From Mobula hypostoma (Eukaryota), in assembly GCF_963921235.1 (NCBI RefSeq), contig NC_086097.1:158598001-158662000 (forward strand): a stretch of DNA of 64,000 bases, given 5' to 3'. A program made the translations under genes and the position numbers. Of the stretch, positions 1-12,820 are shown one piece after another (the first letter of the stretch is position 1; each line of letters starts with the position of its first letter). The notes below the pieces were generated by a model, which saw only the letters and a list, made by a program, of their open reading frames with translations, had not been told where the DNA came from and made no database searches.

Positions 1-810
1 ATGATGACAGTGAATGGCGGTGCCGGCTTGAAGGGCCAAATGGCCTACTCCTGCATCTATCGTCTATTGTCTATTGGAAGTTCGAACTGGAAGGCAGAAT
101 ACAGGGTATATGGCAGGATGCTTAGCAGTGTGGAGGATCAGAGAGATGTTGCTGTCCACGTTAATAGGTCTCTCAAAATTGCAGGCGGTTAAGAAGATAT
201 ATAGTGTGTTGGCTTCATTAGTCAGAGGATTGATTCTAAAAGCCATGAGGGAATGTTGTAGATCTATCTCAATCTAGTTAGACCACAATTGGAATATAGT
301 GTTCACTTCTGGTTGCCCCATTATAGAAACAATATGGAAGACTTAGAGAGGGTTCACAGGAGATTTACCCGGATAGGGAACATGTCTTGTGAACAAAGGT
401 TCAACAAGCTGGGGCTTTTCACTTTGAAGTGAAGAGGTGAGAAGTGATTTGATGAAGGAGTACAAGATGATAAGAGGAATATATGGAATGTACAGCCAGT
501 GGATTTTTTGTTTCCCCAGGGCAGCAGTGACTAAAACAAGCGGTCTTACTTTAAAGGTGTTTGGAGGAAAGTTTGGGGAGATTATCAGACATAGGTCTTT
601 AACGTGGAGTGGTAGATGCATGGAATGCACTGCCAGAGGTGGTGATTGAGGCAGATACATTAGGGATAGTTAAGAGGCTGTTAGTGAGGTACATATGTGA
701 AAGAAAAGTAGAGGGTTATGGGGTTGGGAATAGTGTGATTGATCTTGGAGTAAGTTAAAAGGTCAAAGGGCTTGTGCTCGGCTGTACTGTTTTGCATGTG
801 TTCTGCACTA
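1..810 (+). mobile_element. Two adjacent CR1 LINE 3' fragments (3' tail at 1-75, RT C-terminal remnant and 3'UTR at 76-810)
   Basis: 'gggccaaatggcctactcctg' plus ctattgt-type tail; 'ctagttagaccacaattggaatatagtgttcacttctgg' encodes LVRPQLEYSVHFW, typical of the CR1 ORF2 C-terminus. Confidence 0.8.
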
Positions 811-1247
811 CTAAAACTGAATGTGTAATGCCATACAAGAGCCATACAAATTCATTTTCATTCATAGTGTATCTAAAAAAACAAGAAGGGTTATAGGAAG
901 GTCATTATTTTAAATTATTTTTTCAGATAATGGGGCAAGTTTGAAGATTGATGGACAAGTATTTTGACTTTGAGTTTGTAATTGAAACATTTGCTTGTCT
1001 ATTGGACTCTGCACTGATCATAGCCATTTTTTTTCCAATAAAGATGTTTCTAGTCAATCTTTACCATTTGAGAGTTAATTACTTTTATATCTTCAAACAC
1101 ATTTCTCCCAGGAGCAGCAAAGATCTATTGCTAGGAGTCAAAGCAGTTAATGAATTTTCTTCTTAAAAAAAATCTCCAGTGGCAAACAGACTGCTTGTGT
1201 CAGTAGTAGATTCATTGTAAGCAGAACTATAGGTAGCTAACATTGAA

Positions 1248-1615
1248 AATGTACACAAGGAACTCTGCAGATGCTGGAAATCCAAAGCAATGCACACAAA
1301 ATGCTTGAGGAACTCAGAGATCAGGTAGCATCCATGGAAATGATCAGTCAACATTTTGAGCCAAGACCCTTCTACAGGACTCGAAAGGGAGGTTGTAGAT
1401 GCCAGAATAAAAAGGTGGGAGGAGGGGAAGGAGGATAGCTAGAAGGTGATAGGTGAAGCCATGGAGGTGGGAAGCGCTGAAGAGGAAGCAATCTGTTAAG
1501 GAGAGTCGAGTGGACCATAGGAAAAAGGGAAGGAGGAGGGGCACCAGGAGAGGTGATAGGCAGCTGTAAAGAGGTAAGAGGCCAGAATGGGGAATAGAAG
1601 AGGAAGGGAGGGGAC
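1248..1615 (-). mobile_element. Penelope-like element 3' terminal fragment with degenerate hammerhead (1346-1381)
   Basis: Similar to the 3' end of the PLE at 18170-18600 (ctgcagatgctggaaat...gacccttc...ggact followed by purine-rich tract). Confidence 0.75.
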
Positions 1616-2985
1616 ACACTGTCTTAGTCTGCCTGAAATATTGCATATCAGGATGGGGCAGGAGTTGAAATTTTGAATAGTTCATTCTCTAATACATATT
1701 TATTTGCATTTCAACTCATTCCAGTTGTGCTGCAGCTGGAGGAATTTCCTACTGTTGTATAGCACCTGAAAACTGAAGAGGCATTTAATATATACCAGTT
1801 GGGTCCTGACTGACTGATCTTTACATGAGCTAGGATTTCTGAATGACAACTATTCAAACCATAGTACATGGGGGTTCCTACAATACATATCTAAAATTTG
1901 CAAGGTCAAGTCTAATTTCAGTGGGGTTCCTTTAAGCTTTAGGCTGCAGGTCATTTGTCTATTAGTAAGTAGCTGTTTGTGGGTTCTTATTCTGCATAAA
2001 TTGCATGCAGTATTTCATTCACCGTCAAATGTTTTAGAAACTGTTGAACTCATTAGTGAATATGATTTTTCTCTCTTTGTTTCACATCACAGAATGTCAT
2101 TCTTCCACTTCTGGTTTATTTCAATCTTTTCACCTTTTCTTTGAGTTTCCATTAGCGTGTATTGTCCTAATTTATGAAATACTGAAAGTATTTTGTTGAT
2201 CAGAAACAGAATCTTAACATAGGACTTGCTCTTTCAAAGGCTATAGCAAATGTCCATGTATCCTAGAGTTTAAGATGGAGGGAGATTAATACCACCCTCT
2301 TGGTTTGGTTTTTAAAGTCCTTTGAAAAGTGCTAGTTTAATTTGAAGGAGGTAATGATTCCAACACATTCACAAATCTGTTCTCTTGATGAGATCAATGG
2401 ATCAATGTAGTTGATGAGTTGTTGCTGTAGTTGCTGACCTCCTTCAGTTTTATTTTGGTGTGTGAATAAGTTTGGTGTGAGCAAGTGACTTTGGACCTGC
2501 TGTTCCCAATACACTTTATTAATGGAGCATTTCCTGGGATCATGTCTGAGACTGTTGTAAACTAATCAGTAAACTGTCATCATTTGTCAACAACTCCATC
2601 TCCATTGTATTGTGTGTGAACCATTGGAACAGGCATCTGTCATTAAGCTACCCAAATCTGCTCTGTTATTCAAGGCGATCCTGCTTAGACCATAAATCCA
2701 CCTTTGCCCTTTTTTATTTAATGACTTTGCCTAATGAAAGATAGTCATCGAATTATACAGCCCCCATTATACACTGAACAGGCCCTGTGGCCAACTCACC
2801 TACACTGACCATGCTGTCTTCAAGACCTAATGCTATCTGCTCGTGTTTGATCCATATCCCTCTAAACATTTCCTTCCTATATACCTGTTCAAATATTATT
2901 TGTACCTACCCCTGCCTCTTCTTCTGGCAGCTTGTTCAAAGTTCAAATTAAAGTTATAATCAAAGTACATAAATGTTACCATATA

Positions 2986-3594
2986 CCAGGGGTGATTGAT
3001 AAGTTCTTGGCCTAAGGTAGAAGGAGTCAATTTTAGAAAATCTAGCCCATTTATTTTTCCTACATGTACACACTTAGTCCAGCGGTCGTGGAGCATACGG
3101 ATCCCTTCTTTGTAGAAGTGGTCCACAGCAGCTTGTGATTGATAAGTTTGTGGCCTAAGGTAGAAGGGGATGAGTTATTAACTTCAAACTTTCTGCATAA
3201 TCACTCAAAGAGTTGAACTGCACGTGCATGTAATGACAGCGTCTTGGACCTCCATGTAGTCCACAGCATTGGTGATTGATAAGTTTGTGGCCTAAGGGAG
3301 AAGGAGATGAGTTATACAGCTTTTGTTACATGCATGTGCAGTTCAATTCTTTGAGTGAAAATGCAGAAAGTTTGAAGTTAATAACTCATCTCCTTCTACC
3401 TTAGGCCACAAACTTATCAATCACCCTGATGTGGACCACTTCTGGAGGTCCAAGATGCTGACTTCTACAAAGAAGGGATCTGTATGCTCCACAACCGCTG
3501 GACTAAATGTGTAAATGTAGGAAAAATAAATGTGTTAGGTTTTCTAAAATTGACTCCTTCTACCTTAGGCCACAAACTTATCAATCACCCCTCG
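2986..3594. mobile_element. Non-autonomous fold-back mariner (Tc1/mariner) element
   Basis: TA on both flanks; long TIRs C(C/G)AGGGGTGATTGATAAGTT(C/T)(T/G)TGGCCTAAGGTAGAAGGAGTCAATTTTAGAAA; both arms encode the mariner transposase C-terminus FYKEGI(R/C)MLH(D/N)RWTKCV. Confidence 0.9.
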
Positions 3595-4670
3595 TATCAT
3601 TATCTTCACAGATTTTTTTCCACTTACCCTGCATCCTCTGCATGAAACACCTGACACTCAGGTCCCCTTTAAATCTTTCCCTTTTCACCTTAAACCTATG
3701 TCCTCTAGTGTTATGTAATGTAATATGTATTTAAAATCCATTGACCTCATCTGCTTTTGCAGAGGAGAGTTTTATCATTCAACCATTCATAGCATATGAA
3801 AATATTTCTTTCTTACACTCCCAAAGTGTTTGGTCTTACATTTTAGGTTTTGTATTTCCATGTTAGGCTCTGTCAGCTGGAGAAATAAATTATTTGTTTT
3901 AACCCTCTCACTCCGTGAACATCTGCGATAATAGTGAACACCTTTGTGGATTGATGGAAAAGTAGGTATTTGGGTGTAGCAGCAAGCAACAGACAGAGAT
4001 GTGGCAGAGATCAGCAGTAAAAGCCCTGGGCCAATGCAGAGGCTGGGGTGCAAAGAGTGACCTTGATCAGGAGCTCAGCATGAAAAGAATTCCTGGATGA
4101 GTTTGCAGGTCAGAGGCTTGATTAGGTCAAAGGAAGCAGGTTGATCCCTTTACAACCCCACTTCCAGGAGAAATGGTGAGGTCACACTGGTTATTTTGTG
4201 AGCAATTGAAAGTTATCCATTTTCAGCCCAGCAAGGATGAGTGTCACACTGGAGATGAATTTTGGGACTGGAGTGCTAAGATACCCAGAAGAGGTATGGG
4301 TTAAACTGACTTTGAACTGCACTACACGTTCTTATTCCAACAATGTGCAAAGGTCAAAAAGGAATTGACCATTCAGCCCACCATGTCCATGCTGACAATC
4401 AATTATCCATTTATACAAATCTCATTCACCAGCATTTGAGTTATTGCTTTCACATTTCACGTGCTTGTGTAGGTGTTTTTTAAATGTTGTGAGCGTACCT
4501 GTCTTCACCAGATGATCGGAGGGCACAGACTGAAAATAGAATGATGTGCCCTTAGAAGAGGAATGAGGGGGAATGTCTCTAGCTTGAGAGTGATAAATCT
4601 GCCACAGAATACTGTGGAGGCCAAGTCATTGGGTTCATCGAAAGCGGAGGTTGATAGGTTCTTGATTAGT

Positions 4671-6778
4671 CCAAGGATTTACGGTGTATTAGAAAGATAG
4701 GTTAGTAGGCAGAGGGGGTGGTGTGGCCCAGTATATAAGAAATAATATTAAATTGTTGGAAAGTGATGACATAGGATAGGAAGGTGTAGAGTCTCAATGG
4801 GTTGAGTTAAGAAATGGCAAGGGTAAAAGGACCCTAATGGCAGTTGTACACAGGCCTCCAAACAGCACCGGGATGTGGATTACAAATTGCAGCAGGAAAT
4901 AGAAAAGGCATGTCAGAAGGGCAATGTCATGATAATCGTTGGAGATGAAAGTGGATTGGGAAAACCAGATCAGTACTGGACCTCAAAGGAGAGAGTTTGT
5001 GGAGTGTCGAAAGGATGGCTTTTTTGAACAGCTTGTTGAGCCACTCAGGGACTGGCTGTGCTGGAATGCATGCTGTGCAATGATCCTGAGGTGATAAGAG
5101 ACCTTAAGGTTAAGGAACCCTTAGGGAACAGTGATCACAATATGATCAAGTTCACTTTGAAATTTGAACAGAAACTAAATTCCAATGTGTCAGTATTTCT
5201 GTGGAATACAGAAAATTACAATGGCATGAGAGGGGAACTGGCCAAAGTTGACTGGAAGGAGACACTAGCAGGAAGGACAGCAGAGCAGCAATGGCTGGAG
5301 TTTCTGCTAAAAATGAGGGAAGTGCAAGAGAGATATATTCCAAATAAGAGGAAACTTTTGAATGGAAGAAAGATACTACAGTGGCTGACAAGTGAAGTGA
5401 GAGGCAAAGTGAAAGCAAAAGAGAGGGCATACAAGGAAGCCAGAGCTAGAGGGAAGTTAGAGGATTGGGAAGCTTTTAAAAACTTACAGAAGGAGACTAA
5501 GAAGGTCATTCGGAAGGAAAAGATAAATTATGAAAGGAAGCTGCAACTAATATCAAAGAAGATACTTAAAGCTTTTTTAAGTATATAAAGGGTAAAAGAG
5601 AGTTGAGGGTAGGTATAGAACCAATAGAAAATGACGCTGGAGATATTGTAATGAGAGACACAGAGATAGCAGAGGAACTGAATGTGTATTTTGCATTAGT
5701 CTTCACAGTGCAAGACATCTGCAGTATACTGGACATACAAGAGTGTCAGGGAAGTGAAGTATCTGCAGTGAAAAATACAACTGAGAAGGTGCTCAAAAAG
5801 CTTAATGATTTGAGGGTGGATAAATCTCCTGGACCTGATGGAATGCACCCTCAGGTTCTGAAAGAATTAGCTGGAGAGATTGCAGAGGCATTAACAATGT
5901 TCTTTCAAGATTCGATAGATTCTGACATTGTACCAAATGACTGGAGAATTGCAAATGTTACTCTGCTATTTAAGAAGGGTGGGAGGCAGCAGAAAGGAAA
6001 TTATGGACCTGTTAGCTTGACATCAGTGGTTGGGAAGTTGTTGGAATTGATAGTTAGGGATGAGATTATGGAGTACTTCGAGGCACATGACAAGATAGGC
6101 CAAAGCCAGCATGGTTTCCTGAAAGGAAAATCCTGCCTGACTAACCTACTGCAGTTTTTTGAGGAAATTACAAGCAGGATAGCCAAAGTAGATGCAGTGG
6201 ATGTTGGTGTACTTGGATTTTCAGAAGGCCTTTGACAAGGTGCCACACATGAGGCTGCATAGCAAGATAAGAGCCCATGGAATTACAGGGAAGTTACTAG
6301 TATGAGTGGAGCATTGGCTGATTGGCAGAAAACAGAGAGTGGAAATAAAGGGATCCTATTGTAATCCCATACAATGTTGGAAAGTGTAGGGTCATACACT
6401 TTGGTGGAAGAAATAAATAAAAGGCCTGAACAGATTAGATATGGCAAGTTATGTCCCATGGTAGGGGAGTCGAGGACAAGAGGGGATGACTTCAGGATTG
6501 AAGGCTGTCCATTTACAACAGAGATATAGAAAAATTACTTTAATCAGAGGGTGGTAAATCTGTGGAATTTGTTGCCACGAGCGGCTGTGGAGGCCAAGTC
6601 ATTGGGTATATTTAAGGCAGAGATAAATAGGTTCTTGATTAGCCGGGGCATCAAAGGGTATGTGGAGAAGGCAGGGGACTGGGGATGACTGGAAGAATTG
6701 GATCAGCCCGTGATTGAATGGGGGAGCAGACTCAATGGGCTGAATGGCCTACCTCTGCTCCAATGACTGATGGCCTTA
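4671..6778 (+). mobile_element. CR1 LINE, 5'-truncated, frameshifted and internally deleted ORF2 (endonuclease end + RT), nested in an older CR1 3' fragment (4510-4670 / 6779-6912)
   Basis: ORFs 5058-5588 (LGNSDHN) and 5603-6235 (KSPGPDGMHP, WRIANVT, YGPVSLTS, QHGFLKGKSCLTNL); CR1 3' end at 6700-6778; host CR1 sequence resumes after duplicated 'tagt'. Confidence 0.9.
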
Positions 6779-7090
6779 TAGTAAGGGTGCCAAAAGTTAG
6801 GGAAAAGGCAGGAGAATGGAGGTCAGAGGCTTAACAAATCAGCTATGATGGAATGGCAGGACAGGCTTGATGGGGCCAAATGGGCTAATTCTGCTCCTAT
6901 GTATTATGGTCTATTTCATATTTTCTCTACTCTCTTGATTAAGAAAAAATAACTCCTCCTGAGATATCCTGGGAACTACATACATTTAAGCTTTATTTCA
7001 GTTGCAGAGAACTTATTGGAGAAAATCTTGAGAGAAAGGCAGGGCTGGTCAGGGATAGCCAAAATGGCGTTTTGCAGGACAAATCCTGCC

Positions 7091-7626
7091 CAGACACCCC
7101 ACCTATCCCGGAAGTTCCCGGAGTCTCCCGCATATTAATAGTGGCTCGCAAATTATATACAATATCACGGAAACAAATTTTTTTTGAGAGCAAGCGAGAG
7201 AAAAGCAAGAGGGAGCGCGAAAGCGACCACGAGAGAGAGTGCACGCGCGAGAGCAAGAGAGAAAGCAAGCGAGAGCGCGCCATGGCAGAGTGTTCCAAAA
7301 AAAATAAAACGTACGTCACCCCAGACTACACTAAAGTGTACCCCTGACTAATAGGCGTCAAAATAATGACGGTGTTGCTCGCTGCGCTGTTTGCATCAGT
7401 GACGTTTCTATTGCCCATGGTGGGTTAAAGTGTAAAAGGCATGTTGAGGTGAGTTTAACAGGTGTCATTCATTCATTAGCATAGTTAACGTTATTTAAAC
7501 TAGCTGGCTAGCTGCTCAGGAGCTACTCTATTGCAGACATCCCACCTCTCCTGGAAGTTCCGGGAGTTTCCCGGAAATTGATGGTGCTACCTCCCTGAAA
7601 TGAGTTTTTGCAGGCTGGGATGTTTG
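7091..7626. mobile_element. Non-autonomous TIR DNA transposon with 6-bp TSD (superfamily uncertain)
   Basis: Left end CAGACACCCCACC, right end reverse complement CAAACATCCCAGC; CCTGCC at 7085-7090 and 7627-7632; CpG-rich interior with GA-rich repeat. Confidence 0.75.
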
Positions 7627-7654
7627 CCTGCCTCACTTCTTTAATAGAGCACAT

Positions 7655-8055
7655 TGAGCAGGCGACAAGAAGATTGATGAAGGTAGGGCAATTGACAGAT
7701 ATTGACAGGTCCCTCATGGGAGGCTGGTACGTGAATTCAAGCTAAGCAGCCTAATTGATGTTAAATTAGTTTAATGAAAAGGTTGATATGGCAAAGGTGG
7801 AGCAATGCTTTTCCGATTGGAAGTCTGTGATCACTAATGCACAGCTGAGATCAGTGCTGAGACCCTTGTTCTCCGTGAAATGCATCAACAACTTGAATAC
7901 GAATTTAGGAAACATATTGAGTAAGTTTGGAAATGACAAAAATTGATGGTTTTGTGGATAGCAAAGAACGTTGTCTAAAGTTGCCACACAGATCTGCAGG
8001 AAAGCTTGGCAGATGAAATTTAATTTGACACGTGTGAAGTGATATATTTTGGGAA
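7655..8055 (+). mobile_element. Degraded CR1 RT fragment (continues at about 9170-9310 after the Rex1/Babar insertion)
   Basis: 'aagtttggaaatgacaaa' (KFADD-like) and 'tggcagatgaaatttaat' (WQMKFN) motifs. Confidence 0.65.
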
Positions 8056-9170
8056 GAATCAGAATCAGGTTTATTATCATGTGACGTGAAATTTGTTAAC
8101 TTAGCAGCAGCAGTTCAATGCAATACATAATCTAGCAGAGAGAGAGAAAAAAAACAGAATAAATAAACAAGTAAATCAATTATATATATTGAATAGATTA
8201 ATAAAAATGTGCAAAAACAGAAATACTGTATACTAAAAAAGTGAGGTAGTGTCCAAAGTTTCAAAGTCCATTTAGGAATCAGATGGCAGAGGGGAAGAAA
8301 CTGTTCCTGAATCACTGAGTGTGTGCCTTCAGGCTTCTGTATCTCCTACCTGATGGTAACAGTGAGGAAAGTGCATGCTCTGGGTGCTGGAAGTCTTTAA
8401 CAATGGACGCTGCCTTTCTGAGACACCGCTCCCTAAAGATGTCCTGGGTACTTTGTAGGCTAGTGCCCAAGATGGAGCTGACTAGATTTACAACCTTCTG
8501 CAGCTTCTTTTGGTCCTGTGTAATAGCCCCTCCTTAGCAGAGAGTGATGCAGCCTGTCAGAATGCTCTCCACAGTACAACTATAGAAGTTTTTGAGCATA
8601 TTTGTTGACATGCCAAATCGCTTCAAACTCCTAATGAAGTATAGCTGCTGTCTTGCCTTCTTTGTGACTACATCAATATGTTGGGACCAGGTTAGATCCT
8701 CAGAGATCTTGACACCCAGGAACTTGAAGCTGCTCACTCTCTCCACTTCTGATCCCTCGATGAGGATTGGTATGTGTTCCTTCATCTTACCCTTCCTGAA
8801 GTCCACAATCAGCCCTTTCGTCTTACTGACGTTGAGTGGCAGGTTGTTGCTTCGGCACCATCCCACTAGGTGGCATATCTCGCTCCTGTATGCCCTCTTA
8901 TCACCATCTGAGATTCTACCAACAATTGTTGTATCGTCAGCAAACTTGTAGATGGTGTTTGAGCTGTGCCTAGCCACACAGTCATGTGTATACAGAGAGT
9001 AGAGCAGTGGGCTAAGCACACATCCTTGAGGTGCACCAGTGTTGCTTGTCAGTGAAGAGGATATGTTATCACCAATCCGCACAGACTATGGTCTTCCGGT
9101 TAGGAAGTCGACAATCCAATTGCAGAGGGAGGTACAGAGGCCCAGGTTCTGCAACTTCTCAATTAGGATT
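8056..9170 (-). mobile_element. Rex1/Babar-type LINE, 5'-truncated
   Basis: ORF 8534-9082 with [33 protein letters not shown]; 3' tail (ATTCTG)n read as agaatcagaatcagg at 8057. Confidence 0.88.
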
Positions 9171-10649
9171 GTCAGATAGGGTTAGGACATATACAGCAAA
9201 TGGTTGGCAAAGAATGTCATCCAACTAGGGGAGCAATTGGATACCCTGAAGCAAAGGAGGCTGAGTGATGACCTGATAGAGATACATAATATTAGAAGAG
9301 GCATAGTTTGGCTGTATTCATGGATTTTCCTGTATAGTTGAATAACAATTAAACATGAATTGAATTTAATATGGTAGGTAGTCAGCATCTTTTTCCCAAA
9401 TTCCTTTGAACTTCAACCAATTTGGTGTTTCTCCCCTATTTGATCCAGAAATTCTGATGGCTGTGAGAGAGAGAAAAAAAAGATCTACTGCAATAACTGC
9501 AACAGAAATCAGACACCAATTTTTTCTGTTGTTCCCACAAGAGTGAAACAAAATTTACACTGTACATTGAAGTGAAACAATAGATTTTTACACTATTTCA
9601 CAATTCATTTAAATATTTCTGTTAAACTGCTGCCTGTGTTCATCTATAAAGATCACCATATTTTTTTGGAGTTGAGCCTGGAGTGAAAACCATCCCACTG
9701 TTAACAATAACTGAATAACAATAACAGAATAACTTCAAAGCAAAACTGCTGTCAGCTTAAAGTTGGTTCTGAACAAAATCCTTTTCTATATCAGGAAAGC
9801 CTTTGAACTAAAACTGTAGCTGATGCAACCTTAAGATACTGCTTTTGAAGCAGGAAAAAACAAAAGAAAATCCAAGTATTGACTGGAACAGTGATTCTTA
9901 GACATTCCTTTAGTTGTGTGGGTGACTGTGCTAAAGGTGATTGAATTAATTTCATAATGCACAGGTTTCTAGATTCCCTTGACCTTTGGACTTTAGGAAG
10001 TCTACTGTAAGACTCCTTTTCTAACAGTATTGAAGTTATAGTGTTTGAAATAAGGAACTTTTGTTTTCATAACACTTGATGAAGGGATGAAGATAAAAAA
10101 CACTGATCATGTTCTAGTGAAGGCTAACATCCAAATATTAACTCTTATCTGGAATTAGAGTTAAATAAATGTACCTGGTGCATATTTAAATTGTTTGCTT
10201 TTTACAAAGCCTTAAAATTAGGCTTGGCAGACCTTATCTTTTGTTTCACTAATCTTGGCAAGTACAATTGATGTTCAGTTACAGAGATTCATTTTGAATT
10301 TTACTGATTTCAATTTTCATGATTACACAAAATCACCAGTGTGGAACCAGACAATGTATTAATGGTAGTGACATTAAAAGATTAATAAAATAAGCTATCA
10401 AAAATTAAGTAAAATATGTTTAAGTAAATAAAAAAAACCCTCACTTTTAGTGACCGTGTTGGATCAGGCTAGACCCTGCCTGCCACCTAGACTTGAATGA
10501 TGAAAGGACATTTTCTTTCTACTGATGGACCTCAGGATATCCCTATCTGAGAAATGCCCTGCAGGTTTTGAAAAAAAAACCTGTCAAAGCTGTCATGGAA
10601 TTTTGGAAGTTTTTACTTAGTTCTGTCAGTCTTGGAGCTAAAGAGCCAA

Positions 10650-10770
10650 ACAGTACAGAAACAAGAAAATGCTGGGAATACTCAACAGGTCAGGCTGTAT
10701 ATGGAATGGGAAATGGTGTTAATATTTCAGATTGGAGACCCTTTTGTGCAGAGAATTGAAAAGGAGACTA
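10650..10770 (-). mobile_element. Old Penelope-like 3' terminal remnant
   Basis: 'aaaatgctgggaatactcaacaggtcagg...ggagacccttt' resembles the other PLE ends. Confidence 0.5.
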
Positions 10771-12017
10771 AGGAAGCTTGTAAGGCTCAGGGAGGGTGGG
10801 GAAGGAAATGTCTCTCAGCACAGGAAGAGGCTTTTAGCTTACTGGAATCCATTCTGAAATACAAGCACCATTTACACTAATATCATTTTAATCTCTTCAT
10901 ATTCATCTGAATTCCTTCCGGTGTCCACCATTCCCAATATCCAGTGACAATTTGCTTATTTACTTTGTGGTCACTTAATCAATCAGTCCATATGTCTTTG
11001 GCATTTGGGAAGAAACAAAAGTACTCTGAGAAAGCCTGTTTCATACTGACAGCATTGAATATCAGATTTAAATTATGCTGGGGCCAAGCAGTATCTGTGG
11101 AAGGATAGCACAATTGACCTTCCGGGTAGAGAACCTTCTTCTGAATTGGAATTATTTGACTTTAGAGGTCAATGTCTCAATCATTCCTTGCTTACTTGCT
11201 TCAGGACAAATCCAGGCTACTGATCTCTGCCACATCCCACATTCTTCCTCACGGCTGTATTGGGGGAACTCTCTGTTTAAGTAGAGGAAACTTATTCAAA
11301 CCAGAGGAGCAGGCAGAATGGGCATGCTATTACCCTGCATTGCAGAATAAATTAAAATGTAGATATTCATAGACTGTATCCTGCCAAGAGCACCTGAAAC
11401 GTCTCCATGTCCATAATGCACAAAGTGCATACCTCGTGTGGATTCCAATCTTCACCAGCCTATCTGTGTCTCAGTCAAAACCTTGGACTACCTACACCCC
11501 CAATGCCCATCCATTTTGCAGCACCCCATCATTCAGTAGCATTCTCCCCAAACTAATAGGGAGTGGAGTTGACTAGGGAGATGACATATGTTAGACTGAA
11601 TGCCAGCAGATACAAGAATTTGCAAGAGATGTAAGTACTGCATTGAAATTCACAAAGCATGAAGAAACACGGGCAAATACAACTGTGCTCTTTTGTGAAT
11701 CTCACAGCTGAAGATCTCAATTTTTATGTAATATCTACAATGTCAAGGTGACCCACAAAACTCTTTTAATTTTATCATCAAGATGAAGCAAAACACTTTT
11801 CAGTTGTATTTTTTATCATGGTACAAGACATCAGATAAAAATGTCCTTTTGTTTTATTGGTCTCTGGGTATGAATTGAAATGAACATTTATTGATGCAGC
11901 ACACAAAACCTATTCAGATATGCAAAACCTACTCAGATATGTAAAAGCAGAATGTCCTGTTGTTGAAAACTCTGGATAAATAATTTCAATGAAAAATCAG
12001 AGTACTATGTACAATTA

Positions 12018-12570
12018 TTTAGATTAGATTAGATTCAACTTAATTGTCATTGGCTTTGTATCTGTACTCAGCACAATGAAATGCAGTTAGTATCTGACCA
12101 GAAATGCAAAGAATAAAGTAACTGTGAATAAAAAGTAAGTGCTACAGCACACAAATATAAAAGTACAAAATGGGTGCAATACTGCTTAGCGCTGTGATGT
12201 GAGGTTCAGCAGGGTCACAGCCTCAGGGAAGAAGCTCTTCCTGAGCCTGCTGGTGTGGGAGCAGAGGCTCCTGTAGTGCCTACTGGATGGGAGGAGAGTA
12301 ATAAGTCCATGGTTAGGGTGAGATGCATCCTTGATAATGCTTTTCGCCCTGCCCAGGCAGCGTTTATGGCAGACGTTCTCAATGGTGGGCAATTGGGTGC
12401 AGATAATCCGCTGGGCAGTTTTCACCACATGCTGGAGTACTTTGCAGTCCAATACAGGACAATTGCCATACCACACTGAGATGCAGTTGGTGAGTATGCT
12501 CTCAGTGGTACAGCGGTAAAAGTCCGTCAGTATCCTGGGACAGAGGTGAGCTTTCTTGATGCTCTGCAGG
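12018..12570 (-). mobile_element. Rex1/Babar-type LINE 3' fragment
   Basis: ORF 12186-12605: FYRCTTESILTNCISVWYGNC...HPNHGLITLLPS...KSFFPEAV; (TCTAA)n tail at 12018-12035. Confidence 0.85.
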
Positions 12571-12749
12571 AAATCAGGATCAGGATGGAGGAGTTCAGGG
12601 ATCATACTGCAGCGATATCATTTATGATTGAGGGTAATTTCTTACCCCAAATAAAATATGGAGTAGGAAGCAGCCAGGAGCAAAAAATTTTGTGCTGAAA
12701 TAAAGCAGAAAATGCAGTAAACACTTAGCAGGATGGTCAGTATCTATAG

Positions 12750-12820
12750 CAGAGGTTCCCAAGGTGGGGTCCATGGATGCCTCAGTTAATGGTAGAGGTC
12801 CATGGCATAATAAAGTGAAT
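12750..12820. mobile_element. Short hAT-type MITE remnant inside a PLE remnant
   Basis: Starts CAGAGGTTCCCAAGGTGGGGTCCATGG after ATCTATAG; similar to the element at 14315. Confidence 0.5.

Noticed and set aside
2986..3594. CRISPR-like repeat array
   Set aside because: Repeats occur in both orientations with related spacers and are mariner TIRs; eukaryotic context
7072..7347. 91-aa R/E/S-rich ORF
   Set aside because: Product of the GA-rich repeat in a non-autonomous transposon
9366..9485. Minus-strand splice acceptor followed by a short open frame
   Set aside because: No donor, unrecognisable peptide, stops in all frames
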